Of a stretch of 64,000 bases of DNA, positions 1 through 8,294 are shown piece by piece. A program made the position numbers and the translations under genes. The first letter of the stretch is position 1; the number at the start of each line of letters is the position of its first letter. Source of the DNA: Pedosphaera sp. Lineage in GTDB: Bacteria > Verrucomicrobiota > Verrucomicrobiia > Limisphaerales > SIBH01. The stretch covers positions 1 to 64,000 of the forward strand of contig JANOQV010000040.1 in the NCBI GenBank assembly GCA_031414955.1. Direction: 5' to 3'. The notes beneath the pieces are model-generated. The model saw only the letters and a list, made by a program, of their open reading frames with translations, searched no databases and had not been told where the DNA came from.

Positions 1-237
1 GTGTGAATGTCGAATGACGAATGGAACGCCCCTTCGACGAACTGTTTTTAACGACCACGCTGAGGCAGCTTCCGACGATTGGACGCGGCCAATTCCCGCT
101 GGACACCCCCCGGACCATGAATATAGTGCCGCCCACAGCCCGTTCGTTGGTCGTTCCGCAAAGCTGGGTCGCTGGGCGGAATTCCAAAAACGGACTCGAG
201 TGCCGGTCTCTCACCGGCAAACAAAAGGTTAAAACAG

Positions 238-432
238 ATGAAATCCATTAAGTCACTCATTGCCGTCGCGTGTGTTCTCGCCGTTCTCGGCGCAGTCACC
301 GCGCGCGCGGAATCCTGCTGCGACAAGGCCAAGGCCAAAGGCGAAGCCTGCGCCCATCCCTGCTGCAAGGACGCCGCCAAAGCCGGCAAGACCTGCGAAA
401 AATGCAACCCTAAGAAAGAAGAGAAGAAGTAG
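238..432 (+). CDS. Small secreted Cys-rich peptide (64 aa)
   Basis: Signal peptide ending in ARA, mature part with 7 Cys and 1 His in two CC-x9-C units; followed by an intrinsic terminator. Confidence 0.75.
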   Translation: MKSIKSLIAVACVLAVLGAVTARAESCCDKAKAKGEACAHPCCKDAAKAGKTCEKCNPKKEEKK

Positions 433-450
433 TCTTCTCCGCCTGCTCTC

Positions 451-483
451 AAGCGGCCAGCCCACAAGGCTGGCCGCTTTTTT
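451..483 (+). terminator. Intrinsic terminator
   Basis: AAGCGGCCAGCC-cacaa-GGCTGGCCGCTT followed by T-run. Confidence 0.8.
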
Positions 484-818
484 GCCGCGAAGTGATGGAG
501 GTCGCGAGAAAGTGCTCCTCTCTGACTCGCGAAAAAGATCTTGTTGCCCACGCCTCCCCGCGTGAACCGGCCGGGAATGCCCGAATTAATTCAAGCCGGG
601 AAGCGGTCTCCTCCAGGGCGGCCTGTGATTTATTTCGAAAAGTTTCACAACGATTCCCACTCTTCACGCGCCGCGCCGCGCTTCTCTCCGCAGGAACTGA
701 AAAACCTGTTGCGTGCCGGAATGCCGATCTATAGATTCCGCGTTCCGTTTCTCCGGGAACGGCTGAATCCATAATAAAATATAGGCTTTCGGCGCAATCC
801 GAGAGCGTAAAAAAGAAC

Positions 819-1184
819 ATGACTCCGCAAACCAAGAAACGACTGAAGCAGTTGCGCCGGTTCCGCATTCGCAAGAAGCTGTCCGGCACGAGCGCGCGCC
901 CTCGCATGGTGACGACGTTCTCCAACACTCACATTTACGTCCAGTTCATCGACGACATTGCGCGCAAAACTCTGGCCAGCGCCTCGACGAGGCACAAGGC
1001 CGCTCCTGACCGTGACAATCTGAGCGCGAACATCAAGAGCGCGACGCTCCTCGGCAAGTGGGCGGCGGAAGAGGCTCAGGGCAAAGGCATCAAGTCGGTG
1101 GTGTTTGACCGCGCCGGCACCCGTTACCACGGGAAGATCAAGGCGCTCGCCGACGCGGCGCGCGAAGCCGGTCTGCAATTTTAA
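819..1184 (+). CDS. rplR: 50S ribosomal protein L18
   Basis: RPRM..FSNTHIYVQFIDD, VVFDRAG.RYHGKIKALADAAREAGLQF. Confidence 0.97.
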   Translation: MTPQTKKRLKQLRRFRIRKKLSGTSARPRMVTTFSNTHIYVQFIDDIARKTLASASTRHKAAPDRDNLSANIKSATLLGKWAAEEAQGKGIKSVVFDRAGTRYHGKIKALADAAREAGLQF

Positions 1185-1205
1185 TTTCAACAGGAGACAA
1201 AGAAC

Positions 1206-1925
1206 GTGGCAGAAGAAAATCAATCTCAAGCAGCAGCAGCGCCGGCTCCCGCCGGTCCCGCCTCCGCCAGTTTTGGCGGCGGCGAACGTAGCGGTGGTTT
1301 TGGTGGTGGTCGCGGCGGTCCCGGCGGCGGCCGTGGTCGTGGCGGCTTCGGCGGCGGTCGCGGTCGCGGTCGTCCCCGTTCCGGGGGTGACAGTGATGTT
1401 AAGACCGGCAACGAAATGATGGAGAAGGTTGTCTTCATCAACCGCTCCGCGAAGGTCGTGAAGGGCGGGCGCCGCTTCAGCTTCAGCGCGCTCGTCGTCG
1501 TCGGCGACAAGAAGGGCCGCGTGGGCTGGGGTCTGGGGAAGGCTGCCGAAGTCGCGGAAGCGATTCGCAAGGGCGGCGAAGTGGCCCGCAATTCCCTCGT
1601 CTCGGTTTCGCTGCAAGGCGTGACCCTGCCGCACGAAATTTATTACGAATTCGGTGGCGCGAAGATCATGCTTCGCCCCGCCTCTCCCGGAACGGGCATC
1701 ATCGCCGGCAAGACCGTGCGCTCCGTGCTCGAGTCCGCCGGACTCAAGGACGTGCTGAGCAAGTCGCTCGGCTCGAGCAACGCCGCGAACGTGGTCAAGG
1801 CCACGCTCGGCGCGCTCCAGCAGCTCCGTCTGCGCGAAGATATTTACAAGAGCCGCGGCCTCACGTTGCGGACCAAGAAAGAAGCCGTTGTTGAATCCGT
1901 CCCTGTCACCGCCGTCACAGCCTAA
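1206..1925 (+). CDS. rpsE: 30S ribosomal protein S5 with RGG-rich N-terminal extension
   Basis: EKVVFINRSAKVVKGGRRFSFSALVVVGD; GTG start after AGGAG. Confidence 0.97.
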   Translation: MAEENQSQAAAAPAPAGPASASFGGGERSGGFGGGRGGPGGGRGRGGFGGGRGRGRPRSGGDSDVKTGNEMMEKVVFINRSAKVVKGGRRFSFSALVVVGDKKGRVGWGLGKAAEVAEAIRKGGEVARNSLVSVSLQGVTLPHEIYYEFGGAKIMLRPASPGTGIIAGKTVRSVLESAGLKDVLSKSLGSSNAANVVKATLGALQQLRLREDIYKSRGLTLRTKKEAVVESVPVTAVTA

Positions 1926-1939
1926 CTCCATTTGATATT

Positions 1940-2422
1940 ATGCGTTTGCACGATTTGAAACCACGCCCCGGCGCGAAACACCGCCGTAAGCGTCTCGGTC
2001 AGGGCGAGTCCAGCGGCCACGGCAAAACCTCCGGTCGCGGTGGCAAAGGCCAGACCGCGCGTTCCGGCTCCTCGATCCGCATAGGCTTCGAGGGTGGCCA
2101 GATTCCGCTCATCCGTCGTATCCCGAAGCGCGGCTTCAACAACGCCCGTCACACCACGGCCTACGTCGCGGTGAACCTCGATTCGCTCGAACAGTTCGAC
2201 AACGGCGCGCGCGTGGACGTGGAAACGATCCGCAATGCCGGTCTGGCCAACGGCCCGGTGAAGCTGGTGAAAATTCTCGCCGACGGCGCGTTGACCAAGA
2301 AGCTGACAGTCGTGGCGCACAAATTCAGCGCCGCTGCCAAGCAGAAGATTGAAGCCGCTGGCGGCACCTGCGAAATCGTGGCCGTCAAGGCCCCGGTCAC
2401 CAAAGCCGCCGCGAAATCCTGA
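1940..2422 (+). CDS. rplO: 50S ribosomal protein L15
   Basis: GHGKTSGRGGKGQTARSG, FEGGQIPLIRRIPKRGF. Confidence 0.97.
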   Translation: MRLHDLKPRPGAKHRRKRLGQGESSGHGKTSGRGGKGQTARSGSSIRIGFEGGQIPLIRRIPKRGFNNARHTTAYVAVNLDSLEQFDNGARVDVETIRNAGLANGPVKLVKILADGALTKKLTVVAHKFSAAAKQKIEAAGGTCEIVAVKAPVTKAAAKS

Positions 2423-2427
2423 CACGC

Positions 2428-3810
2428 ATGTTCCAAAAGGTTCTCGGCACATTCGCCAACTGCTTCAAGATTCCGGAGCTGAAGTCGCGCATCGTTTTCA
2501 CCCTGATCGTCCTCGCGGTCTGCCGTGTGATCGCGATGATTCCGATTCCCGGCATCAACGGCTCGTTGCTCCAGGAGCATTTTGACGACCTAGCGAAGAA
2601 CAATGCGGGCGGCGGTCTAGTCGGGATGTACAGCATGTTCACCGGCGGGGCGATGGAGAAGTGCGCCATTGGCGCGCTCAGCATCATGCCCTACATCAGC
2701 GCCACCATCATCATCCAGCTTCTGGGGGCGGTTGTGCCGCGGTTGAGCAAGCTGATGCGCGAAGAAGGCGGCCGGGCCAAGATTGTGCAGTACGGACGTT
2801 ACCTGACGGTGCTGCTCTGCCTCGGCCAAGGATTTTTTATGGCCCTGAGTTGGGCCAGCCCCGCGGGTTTCTTCGATGGCCTCAAGGGCGATCTGCTGAT
2901 GCCGCACATGCGCGAGCACATGTGGTTTTATTACCTCCAGACCGTGGTCATTCTCTCAACCGGCACGATGCTGATGATGTGGCTGGGTGAACAAATCACG
3001 GAACGGGGCATCGGCAATGGCGTCTCCCTCGTGATCACGATTGGCATTCTTTCGCGCCTGCCGGCCGCCGGGCAGGGCTTGGCGGACATGTTCGGCAAGT
3101 CGGCCAATCAATTCAGCCTGTTCCACGGCATCTCGCTCGTCCTCCTGCTCCTAGCGGTCATCGCCGGAGTCATCGCCGTCACTCAGGCTCAGCGCAAGGT
3201 GCCAGTGCAATACGCCCAGCGCGCCGTAGGGCGCAAGGTCTATCAGGGCGGCACCTCGTTCATGCCCCTGCGCGTCAACTACGCCGGCGTGATGCCGGTG
3301 ATTTTCGCCCAGGCTATTTTGATGTTTCCGCAGCAGATCTTTTCCAAGGCTGGCACTTATTTCGACCTGAACTGGATGCGAACCCTCGCCGGAATGCTGG
3401 GCGAAAGGCACCCGCTGTATCTCGTACTCTACGGGCTGATGATTCTGTTCTTCTCCTATTTCTGGGTGGCCACACAGTTTAATGAATTGCAGATCGCGGA
3501 TGATTTGAAGAAGCACGGCGGCTACATCCCCGGTGTCCGCCCTGGACAGGCCACCAGCACGTATCTGCATAACGCCATGAGCCGCATCACGTTGGCGGGC
3601 GCAGTTTTCCTGACGGTGATTGCCGTGATTCCCATTGTGTTGAGCTTTCAGATGAACGTGCCGTTCAACGTCTCGACGTTCTTTGGCGGCACCAGCTTGC
3701 TCATCATGGTGGGTGTGATGCTCGACACGATGCGCCAGATGGAATCGCACCTGTTGATGCGCCATTACGACGGTTTCCTCAAAAAGGGTCGGATCAAGGG
3801 GCGTTTCTAG
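2428..3810 (+). CDS. secY: Preprotein translocase subunit SecY
   Basis: IMPYISATIIIQLL, WLGEQITERGIGNGVSL, GGYIPGVRPG, FGGTSLLI. Confidence 0.98.
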   Translation: MFQKVLGTFANCFKIPELKSRIVFTLIVLAVCRVIAMIPIPGINGSLLQEHFDDLAKNNAGGGLVGMYSMFTGGAMEKCAIGALSIMPYISATIIIQLLGAVVPRLSKLMREEGGRAKIVQYGRYLTVLLCLGQGFFMALSWASPAGFFDGLKGDLLMPHMREHMWFYYLQTVVILSTGTMLMMWLGEQITERGIGNGVSLVITIGILSRLPAAGQGLADMFGKSANQFSLFHGISLVLLLLAVIAGVIAVTQAQRKVPVQYAQRAVGRKVYQGGTSFMPLRVNYAGVMPVIFAQAILMFPQQIFSKAGTYFDLNWMRTLAGMLGERHPLYLVLYGLMILFFSYFWVATQFNELQIADDLKKHGGYIPGVRPGQATSTYLHNAMSRITLAGAVFLTVIAVIPIVLSFQMNVPFNVSTFFGGTSLLIMVGVMLDTMRQMESHLLMRHYDGFLKKGRIKGRF

Positions 3811-3858
3811 GAGGCGGACTCTGGCCGGTGGAAATGATGCCGGCCTCTGGCCGGATTC

Positions 3859-4638
3859 ATGAGTACCATCAAAAGCCCTTTGGAAGTGGAGGCCATGCGC
3901 GTCGCGGGCCGGGTGGCGAACGAAGTTTTGGAGGAAGTGGCATCATTCATCCAGCCAGGGGTGACGACGCGGCAGATTGACGAGTTTGCGGCCGGAGCGA
4001 TTAGCCGGCACGGGGGGAAGAGCGCGTTTTTGGGATACAACAAGTATCCGTGCCATGCGTGCATCTCGGTGAACGAGGAAGTTGTGCATGGGCTGGCGAA
4101 GGATCGCCGGGTGGAATTTGGGGATATCGTGAGTCTGGACGTGGGCGTGCGCTACAACGGGTTCATCGGCGACAACGCCCGGACGGTGCCGGTGGGCGGA
4201 TGCGGAGTGGCCGCACAACGGTTGCTGGATGTGACGGAGCGGGCACTTTACGAAGGCATTGCCCAGGCTGTTGTTGGAAATCGCGTCGTCGACATTTCGC
4301 GGGCCATCCAGCGGCATGTGGAGGAGCACGGTTATAGCGTGGTGCGGGAGTTTGTCGGTCACGGCGTCGGGCGGTCCGTGCATGAAGAGCCGCAGATTCC
4401 GAACTTTGTCGAGTCAGGCAAAAGTTCGCCCAAGCTAAAGGCGGGCATGACCGTGGCCATCGAGCCGATGGTGAACGCGGGCCGGCCGGAGGTGAAAATC
4501 CTCAAAGACGGCTGGACAGTGGTGACGGTGGATGGTCAACTTTCCGCCCATTTTGAGCACACGGTGCTCATCACGACGGGTAAGCCGGAAATTCTGACAT
4601 GCCGGGACAAGACGTCATTCGCCTTGAAGGCCGGGTGA
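3859..4638 (+). CDS. map: Methionine aminopeptidase type I
   Basis: CISVNEEVVHG, DIVSLDVG, GHGVG..VHEEP, IEPMVN, SAHFEHT. Confidence 0.97.
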   Translation: MSTIKSPLEVEAMRVAGRVANEVLEEVASFIQPGVTTRQIDEFAAGAISRHGGKSAFLGYNKYPCHACISVNEEVVHGLAKDRRVEFGDIVSLDVGVRYNGFIGDNARTVPVGGCGVAAQRLLDVTERALYEGIAQAVVGNRVVDISRAIQRHVEEHGYSVVREFVGHGVGRSVHEEPQIPNFVESGKSSPKLKAGMTVAIEPMVNAGRPEVKILKDGWTVVTVDGQLSAHFEHTVLITTGKPEILTCRDKTSFALKAG

Positions 4639-4826
4639 TTGAGCTGCTGCAGGCCGCGCGGCTCTTTCGGGTGGAGTTGGGCAACGGGCACCGGCTGCTG
4701 GGGCATGTGCCGAAGCGGTCGCAACTGGCGGCGGCGGAGTTAAAACCGGGCGACCGGGTGAATTTGGAAATGTCGCCCTTCGATTTTTCGAAGGGACGAA
4801 TCGTTATAGAAGAGAAACAAAAATGA
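4599..4826 (+). CDS. infA: Translation initiation factor IF-1 (divergent)
   Basis: [32 protein letters not shown]; syntenic position between map and rpmJ. Confidence 0.85.
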   Translation: MPGQDVIRLEGRVIELLQAARLFRVELGNGHRLLGHVPKRSQLAAAELKPGDRVNLEMSPFDFSKGRIVIEEKQK

Positions 4827-4936
4827 AAGTTCGCGCATCAGTCAAAAAGCTTTGCGAAAACTGCAAAATCATTCGCCGCAAGGGCGTGATTCGTGTGTTG
4901 TGCACGAACCGTCGGCACAAACAGCGGCAGGGTTAA
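4823..4936 (+). CDS. rpmJ: 50S ribosomal protein L36 (Zn-ribbon form)
   Basis: Translated by hand (not in ORF track): [37 protein letters not shown]. Confidence 0.97.
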   Translation: MKVRASVKKLCENCKIIRRKGVIRVLCTNRRHKQRQG

Positions 4937-4940
4937 TTTT

Positions 4941-5336
4941 ATGGCACGCATCATTGGTGTAGAAATTCCGGGTGAGAAGCGCATCGACATTTCGCTGCGC
5001 TACATTTACGGCATTGGCCCGACGAACGCGAAGGCCATCCTCGCGGTCGCTGGCATTGATCCCAGCGTCCGGGCGAAGGATCTCGACGAGGCCCAGCTCT
5101 CGAAAATCGTGCACGCGATTCAAGAGGGCAAGTACGTCATCGAGGGCGACCTGCGTCGCGAGTTGGGCATGAACCTTAAGCGCCTCCAGGGCATCAAATG
5201 CTACCGGGGCATCCGCCACCTGCGCAGCCTGCCCGTGCGCGGCCAGCGCACCAGCACCAACGCCCGCACGCGCAAGGGACCGCGCAAGACGGTCGGTGTG
5301 CAGCGCAACCCCAACGCCAAGACCGGCATTCACTAA
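4941..5336 (+). CDS. rpsM: 30S ribosomal protein S13
   Basis: [22 protein letters not shown]...[16 protein letters not shown]. Confidence 0.97.
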   Translation: MARIIGVEIPGEKRIDISLRYIYGIGPTNAKAILAVAGIDPSVRAKDLDEAQLSKIVHAIQEGKYVIEGDLRRELGMNLKRLQGIKCYRGIRHLRSLPVRGQRTSTNARTRKGPRKTVGVQRNPNAKTGIH

Positions 5337-5346
5337 AATTTGAAGT

Positions 5347-5949
5347 ATGGCTGAAGAAACCAAAAAAGCGGACGAGACGAAGAAGAAACCCGCCGCGAAG
5401 AAAGACGCCGCGGACAAGCCGGCCAAGGCTGCTGCGGAAGGCACCCCTGCGAAGCATAAAAAAGGTGCCGAGGGTACTCCTGCTCCTGAAGCGAAGCCCG
5501 CAGAAGGCGTGGTCGCCGCTGTGGTCCATGCTCCGACCGCAGCCGAACTCCTCGGTGACGACCCGAATGCCAAGAAGATCGTCAAGGCCAAGGGGTCCAA
5601 GAACATCACCTCGGGCATCGCCAACATTCTGGCGACCTTCAACAACACCCAGGTGTCCATCACCGACATGCAGGGCAATGTAATCGGCTGGTCCAGCGCT
5701 GGCCGCGTCGGCTTCAAAGGCTCCCGTAAGAGCACGGCCTTCGCCGCCCAGCAGGTCGCCCAGGACGCCGCCCGCCAGGCCATGTCCCACGGCATGCGCG
5801 AAGTCGAAATCCATGTGAAGGGTCCAGGCTCCGGCCGCGAATCCGCCATCCGCGCCCTGCAGGCCATCGGACTGGAAATCTCCACCATCAAGGACGTGAC
5901 TCCCATTCCCCACAACGGCTGCCGTCCGCGCAAGAAGCGCCGCGTCTAA
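5347..5949 (+). CDS. rpsK: 30S ribosomal protein S11 with Lys/Ala/Glu-rich N-terminal extension
   Basis: [43 protein letters not shown]. Confidence 0.97.
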   Translation: MAEETKKADETKKKPAAKKDAADKPAKAAAEGTPAKHKKGAEGTPAPEAKPAEGVVAAVVHAPTAAELLGDDPNAKKIVKAKGSKNITSGIANILATFNNTQVSITDMQGNVIGWSSAGRVGFKGSRKSTAFAAQQVAQDAARQAMSHGMREVEIHVKGPGSGRESAIRALQAIGLEISTIKDVTPIPHNGCRPRKKRRV

Positions 5950-5979
5950 TTCGTCATTTGGAATTCGTCATTCGACATT
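5948..5979. repeat. Degenerate 7-bp tandem repeat in the rpsK-rpsD spacer
   Basis: AATTCGT CATTTGG AATTCGT CATTCGA CATT; 5963-5979 is the exact reverse complement of 6-22. Confidence 0.65.
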
Positions 5980-5984
5980 AATTT

Positions 5985-6596
5985 ATGGCTCGTTACACAG
6001 GTCCCCGCGTTCGCATCAGCCGCCGTTTCGGAGTGCCGATTTTCGGCCCCTCGAAGTATCTCGAACGCCGCAACTACGGCCCCGGCATGCATGGCCCCAA
6101 GTCCGGTCGCCGCAAGACCACCGACTACGGACTCGGGCTCATTGAGAAGCAGAAGCTTCGTTACTACTACGGGCTGATGGAGAAGCAGTTTCGCGGCGTG
6201 TATGAAAAGGCTCTGAGCCGCCGCGGTGTCACTGGCGAGCAGATGCTCCAGATTCTTGAGACCCGTCTCGATAACGTGGTCTTCCACCTTGGCTTCGGTA
6301 ACACCCGCGCCCAGGCTCGGCAAATGGTGTGTCACGGGCACGTCAAGGTGAACGGCCGCAAGGTCAATATCCCGTCCTACGCCCTCAAGGTGAACGACGT
6401 GATCGACGTGAAGGACACGAACGCATCCAAGCAGATGGCGACCCGCTCGCTGGAAAGCTCCACGAGTCGCGTGGTGCCGGACTGGCTGATGCTCGACAAG
6501 ACCGCGTTCAAGGGCAGCGTCATGCGCGTCCCGACCCGCGCCGAGATCCAGCCCATCGCCAACGAGCAGGCTGTGGTCGAATTTTATTCCCGCTAG
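5985..6596 (+). CDS. rpsD: 30S ribosomal protein S4
   Basis: MARYTGP, EKQKLR..YG, LETRLDNVVF, ARQMVCHGH, VVEFYSR. Confidence 0.97.
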   Translation: MARYTGPRVRISRRFGVPIFGPSKYLERRNYGPGMHGPKSGRRKTTDYGLGLIEKQKLRYYYGLMEKQFRGVYEKALSRRGVTGEQMLQILETRLDNVVFHLGFGNTRAQARQMVCHGHVKVNGRKVNIPSYALKVNDVIDVKDTNASKQMATRSLESSTSRVVPDWLMLDKTAFKGSVMRVPTRAEIQPIANEQAVVEFYSR

Positions 6597-6728
6597 TAAC
6601 AACCGGAGCGGCCGAGCAGCGGAGCCTTGTGGCTCTGCTGTTTGTGGCTCCAAAACAATTACACGGATTCGCCCAGGCTGAGGGAATAACACCCGGGCGG
6701 GTCAGATTAAAATTGTTGAAAGGAAAAC

Positions 6729-7745
6729 ATGCCAGTACGTCTAGGTCGGTTTGAAATGCCCAAGCGTTTGACCAAGGAAGAGTCAAGCGCGACCCCCATC
6801 TACGCCAAGTTCTTTGCCGAGCCGTTTGAAACCGGCTACGGCCATACCGTTGGCAACTCCCTCCGTCGCGTGTTGCTCAGTTCTCTCGAAGGCGCTGCCA
6901 TCACCTCTGTCAAACTTGATGGAGCGATGCATGAATTCACGACCGTGGAGGGCGTCGTCGAGGATGTCACCGACATCGTCTTGAATCTCAAGAAGATCAA
7001 ATTCAAGGCCCATACTCGCGAAGAGCAGACTCTGCTTCTTTCCGTGAACAAGGAGGGCGTGGTCAAGGCCGGCGACATTGAATTGAACCAGAACGTGGAA
7101 CTGGTCAACCCCGAGCAGGTCATCTGCACGCTCGACAAGAAGAAGAAGCTTGAGATGGAACTCTCCGTGCGCATCGGCCGCGGCTTCCTGCCCGGCGACG
7201 AAAACAAGAAGCCGGACCAGTCGATCGGCGTCATTGCCATCGACTCCATCTTCTCCCCGGTCACCCGCGTCCGCTACGCCGTGGAAAGCGCCCGCGTCGG
7301 CCAGCGCACCGATTACGACCGTCTCCTGATCGAGATCTGGACCGATGGCCGCATTTCGCCCGACGACGCCCTCACTCAAGCCTCGGCCATTCTCCAGCAT
7401 CACCTTGACGTGTTTGTCGGTTACGACAAGAACGCCGTGGAATTCGAGGAAGCCGAGATCAAGCAGGACGATGAGAAGGCCAAGCTAAAGAAGTTGCTTA
7501 ACATGAGCGTGAACGAGATCGAACTGAGTGTTCGCGCCGCCAACTGCCTGAACAACGCCAACATCACCACCGTGGGGCAGCTCGCGATGAAGACCGAGGC
7601 CGAGATGCTCAAGTACCGCAACTTCGGCAAGAAATCCCTCAACGAAATCAAAGATAAACTCACGGCGCTGCAACTGAGCCTCGGGATGAACATCGACCCC
7701 GAGCTGCTCGAAGCGCCCAAGGAAGAAAAAGTCGTCACGGAGTAA
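6729..7745 (+). CDS. rpoA: RNA polymerase alpha subunit
   Basis: EPFETGYGHTVGNSLRRVLLSS, ARVGQRTDYDRL, LSVRAANCL, NFGKKSL.EI. Confidence 0.98.
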   Translation: MPVRLGRFEMPKRLTKEESSATPIYAKFFAEPFETGYGHTVGNSLRRVLLSSLEGAAITSVKLDGAMHEFTTVEGVVEDVTDIVLNLKKIKFKAHTREEQTLLLSVNKEGVVKAGDIELNQNVELVNPEQVICTLDKKKKLEMELSVRIGRGFLPGDENKKPDQSIGVIAIDSIFSPVTRVRYAVESARVGQRTDYDRLLIEIWTDGRISPDDALTQASAILQHHLDVFVGYDKNAVEFEEAEIKQDDEKAKLKKLLNMSVNEIELSVRAANCLNNANITTVGQLAMKTEAEMLKYRNFGKKSLNEIKDKLTALQLSLGMNIDPELLEAPKEEKVVTE

Positions 7746-7749
7746 TCGT

Positions 7750-8160
7750 ATGCGTCATCTAAAACGAACCGCCAAACTCGGCCGGACCGGCACGCACCGC
7801 AACGCCATGCTGGCCAACTTGGTTTGCAGCCTCATCATCCACAAGCGCGTTCAGACCACGCTGGCCAAAGCCAAGGCCGCGCGTTCCGTGGCCGAGAAGA
7901 TGGTCACGCTCGGTAAGAGCGGCACCATTTCCGACCGCCGTCTGGCCACGGGCCGCCTGCACAACGCCGACGCCGCGAAGATCCTCTTCACCGAACTCGC
8001 GCCGCTCTTCAAGGACCGCCGCGGCGGCTACACTCGCATCATTCAGATGCACCAGCGCAACGGTGACGCCGCTCAACTCGCCATTCTTGAATGGGTGGAC
8101 GCGCCGATCGAAGCTGCTCCGGTGGAAACCAAGGACAAGCCCGCCGAGGCCAAGGCGTAA
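7750..8160 (+). CDS. rplQ: 50S ribosomal protein L17
   Basis: MRH....KLGR...HR.AML.N, TTLAKAK, GGYTRI. Confidence 0.97.
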   Translation: MRHLKRTAKLGRTGTHRNAMLANLVCSLIIHKRVQTTLAKAKAARSVAEKMVTLGKSGTISDRRLATGRLHNADAAKILFTELAPLFKDRRGGYTRIIQMHQRNGDAAQLAILEWVDAPIEAAPVETKDKPAEAKA

Positions 8161-8184
8161 GTCCTTTCCGAAATTGTTTTGCAC

Positions 8185-8213
8185 AGCCCGTCCGCAAGGA
8201 CGGGCTTTTTTTT
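8185..8213 (+). terminator. Intrinsic terminator of the alpha operon
   Basis: AGCCCGTCC-gcaa-GGACGGGCT followed by T-run. Confidence 0.9.
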
Positions 8214-8294
8214 GGCGCTCGCTCGTGAAGTTACAGCTACCCCGGACAAACTCCTTGGCTGCATTTGCAAAGCCGTGTACTCACGGCGCGAACC

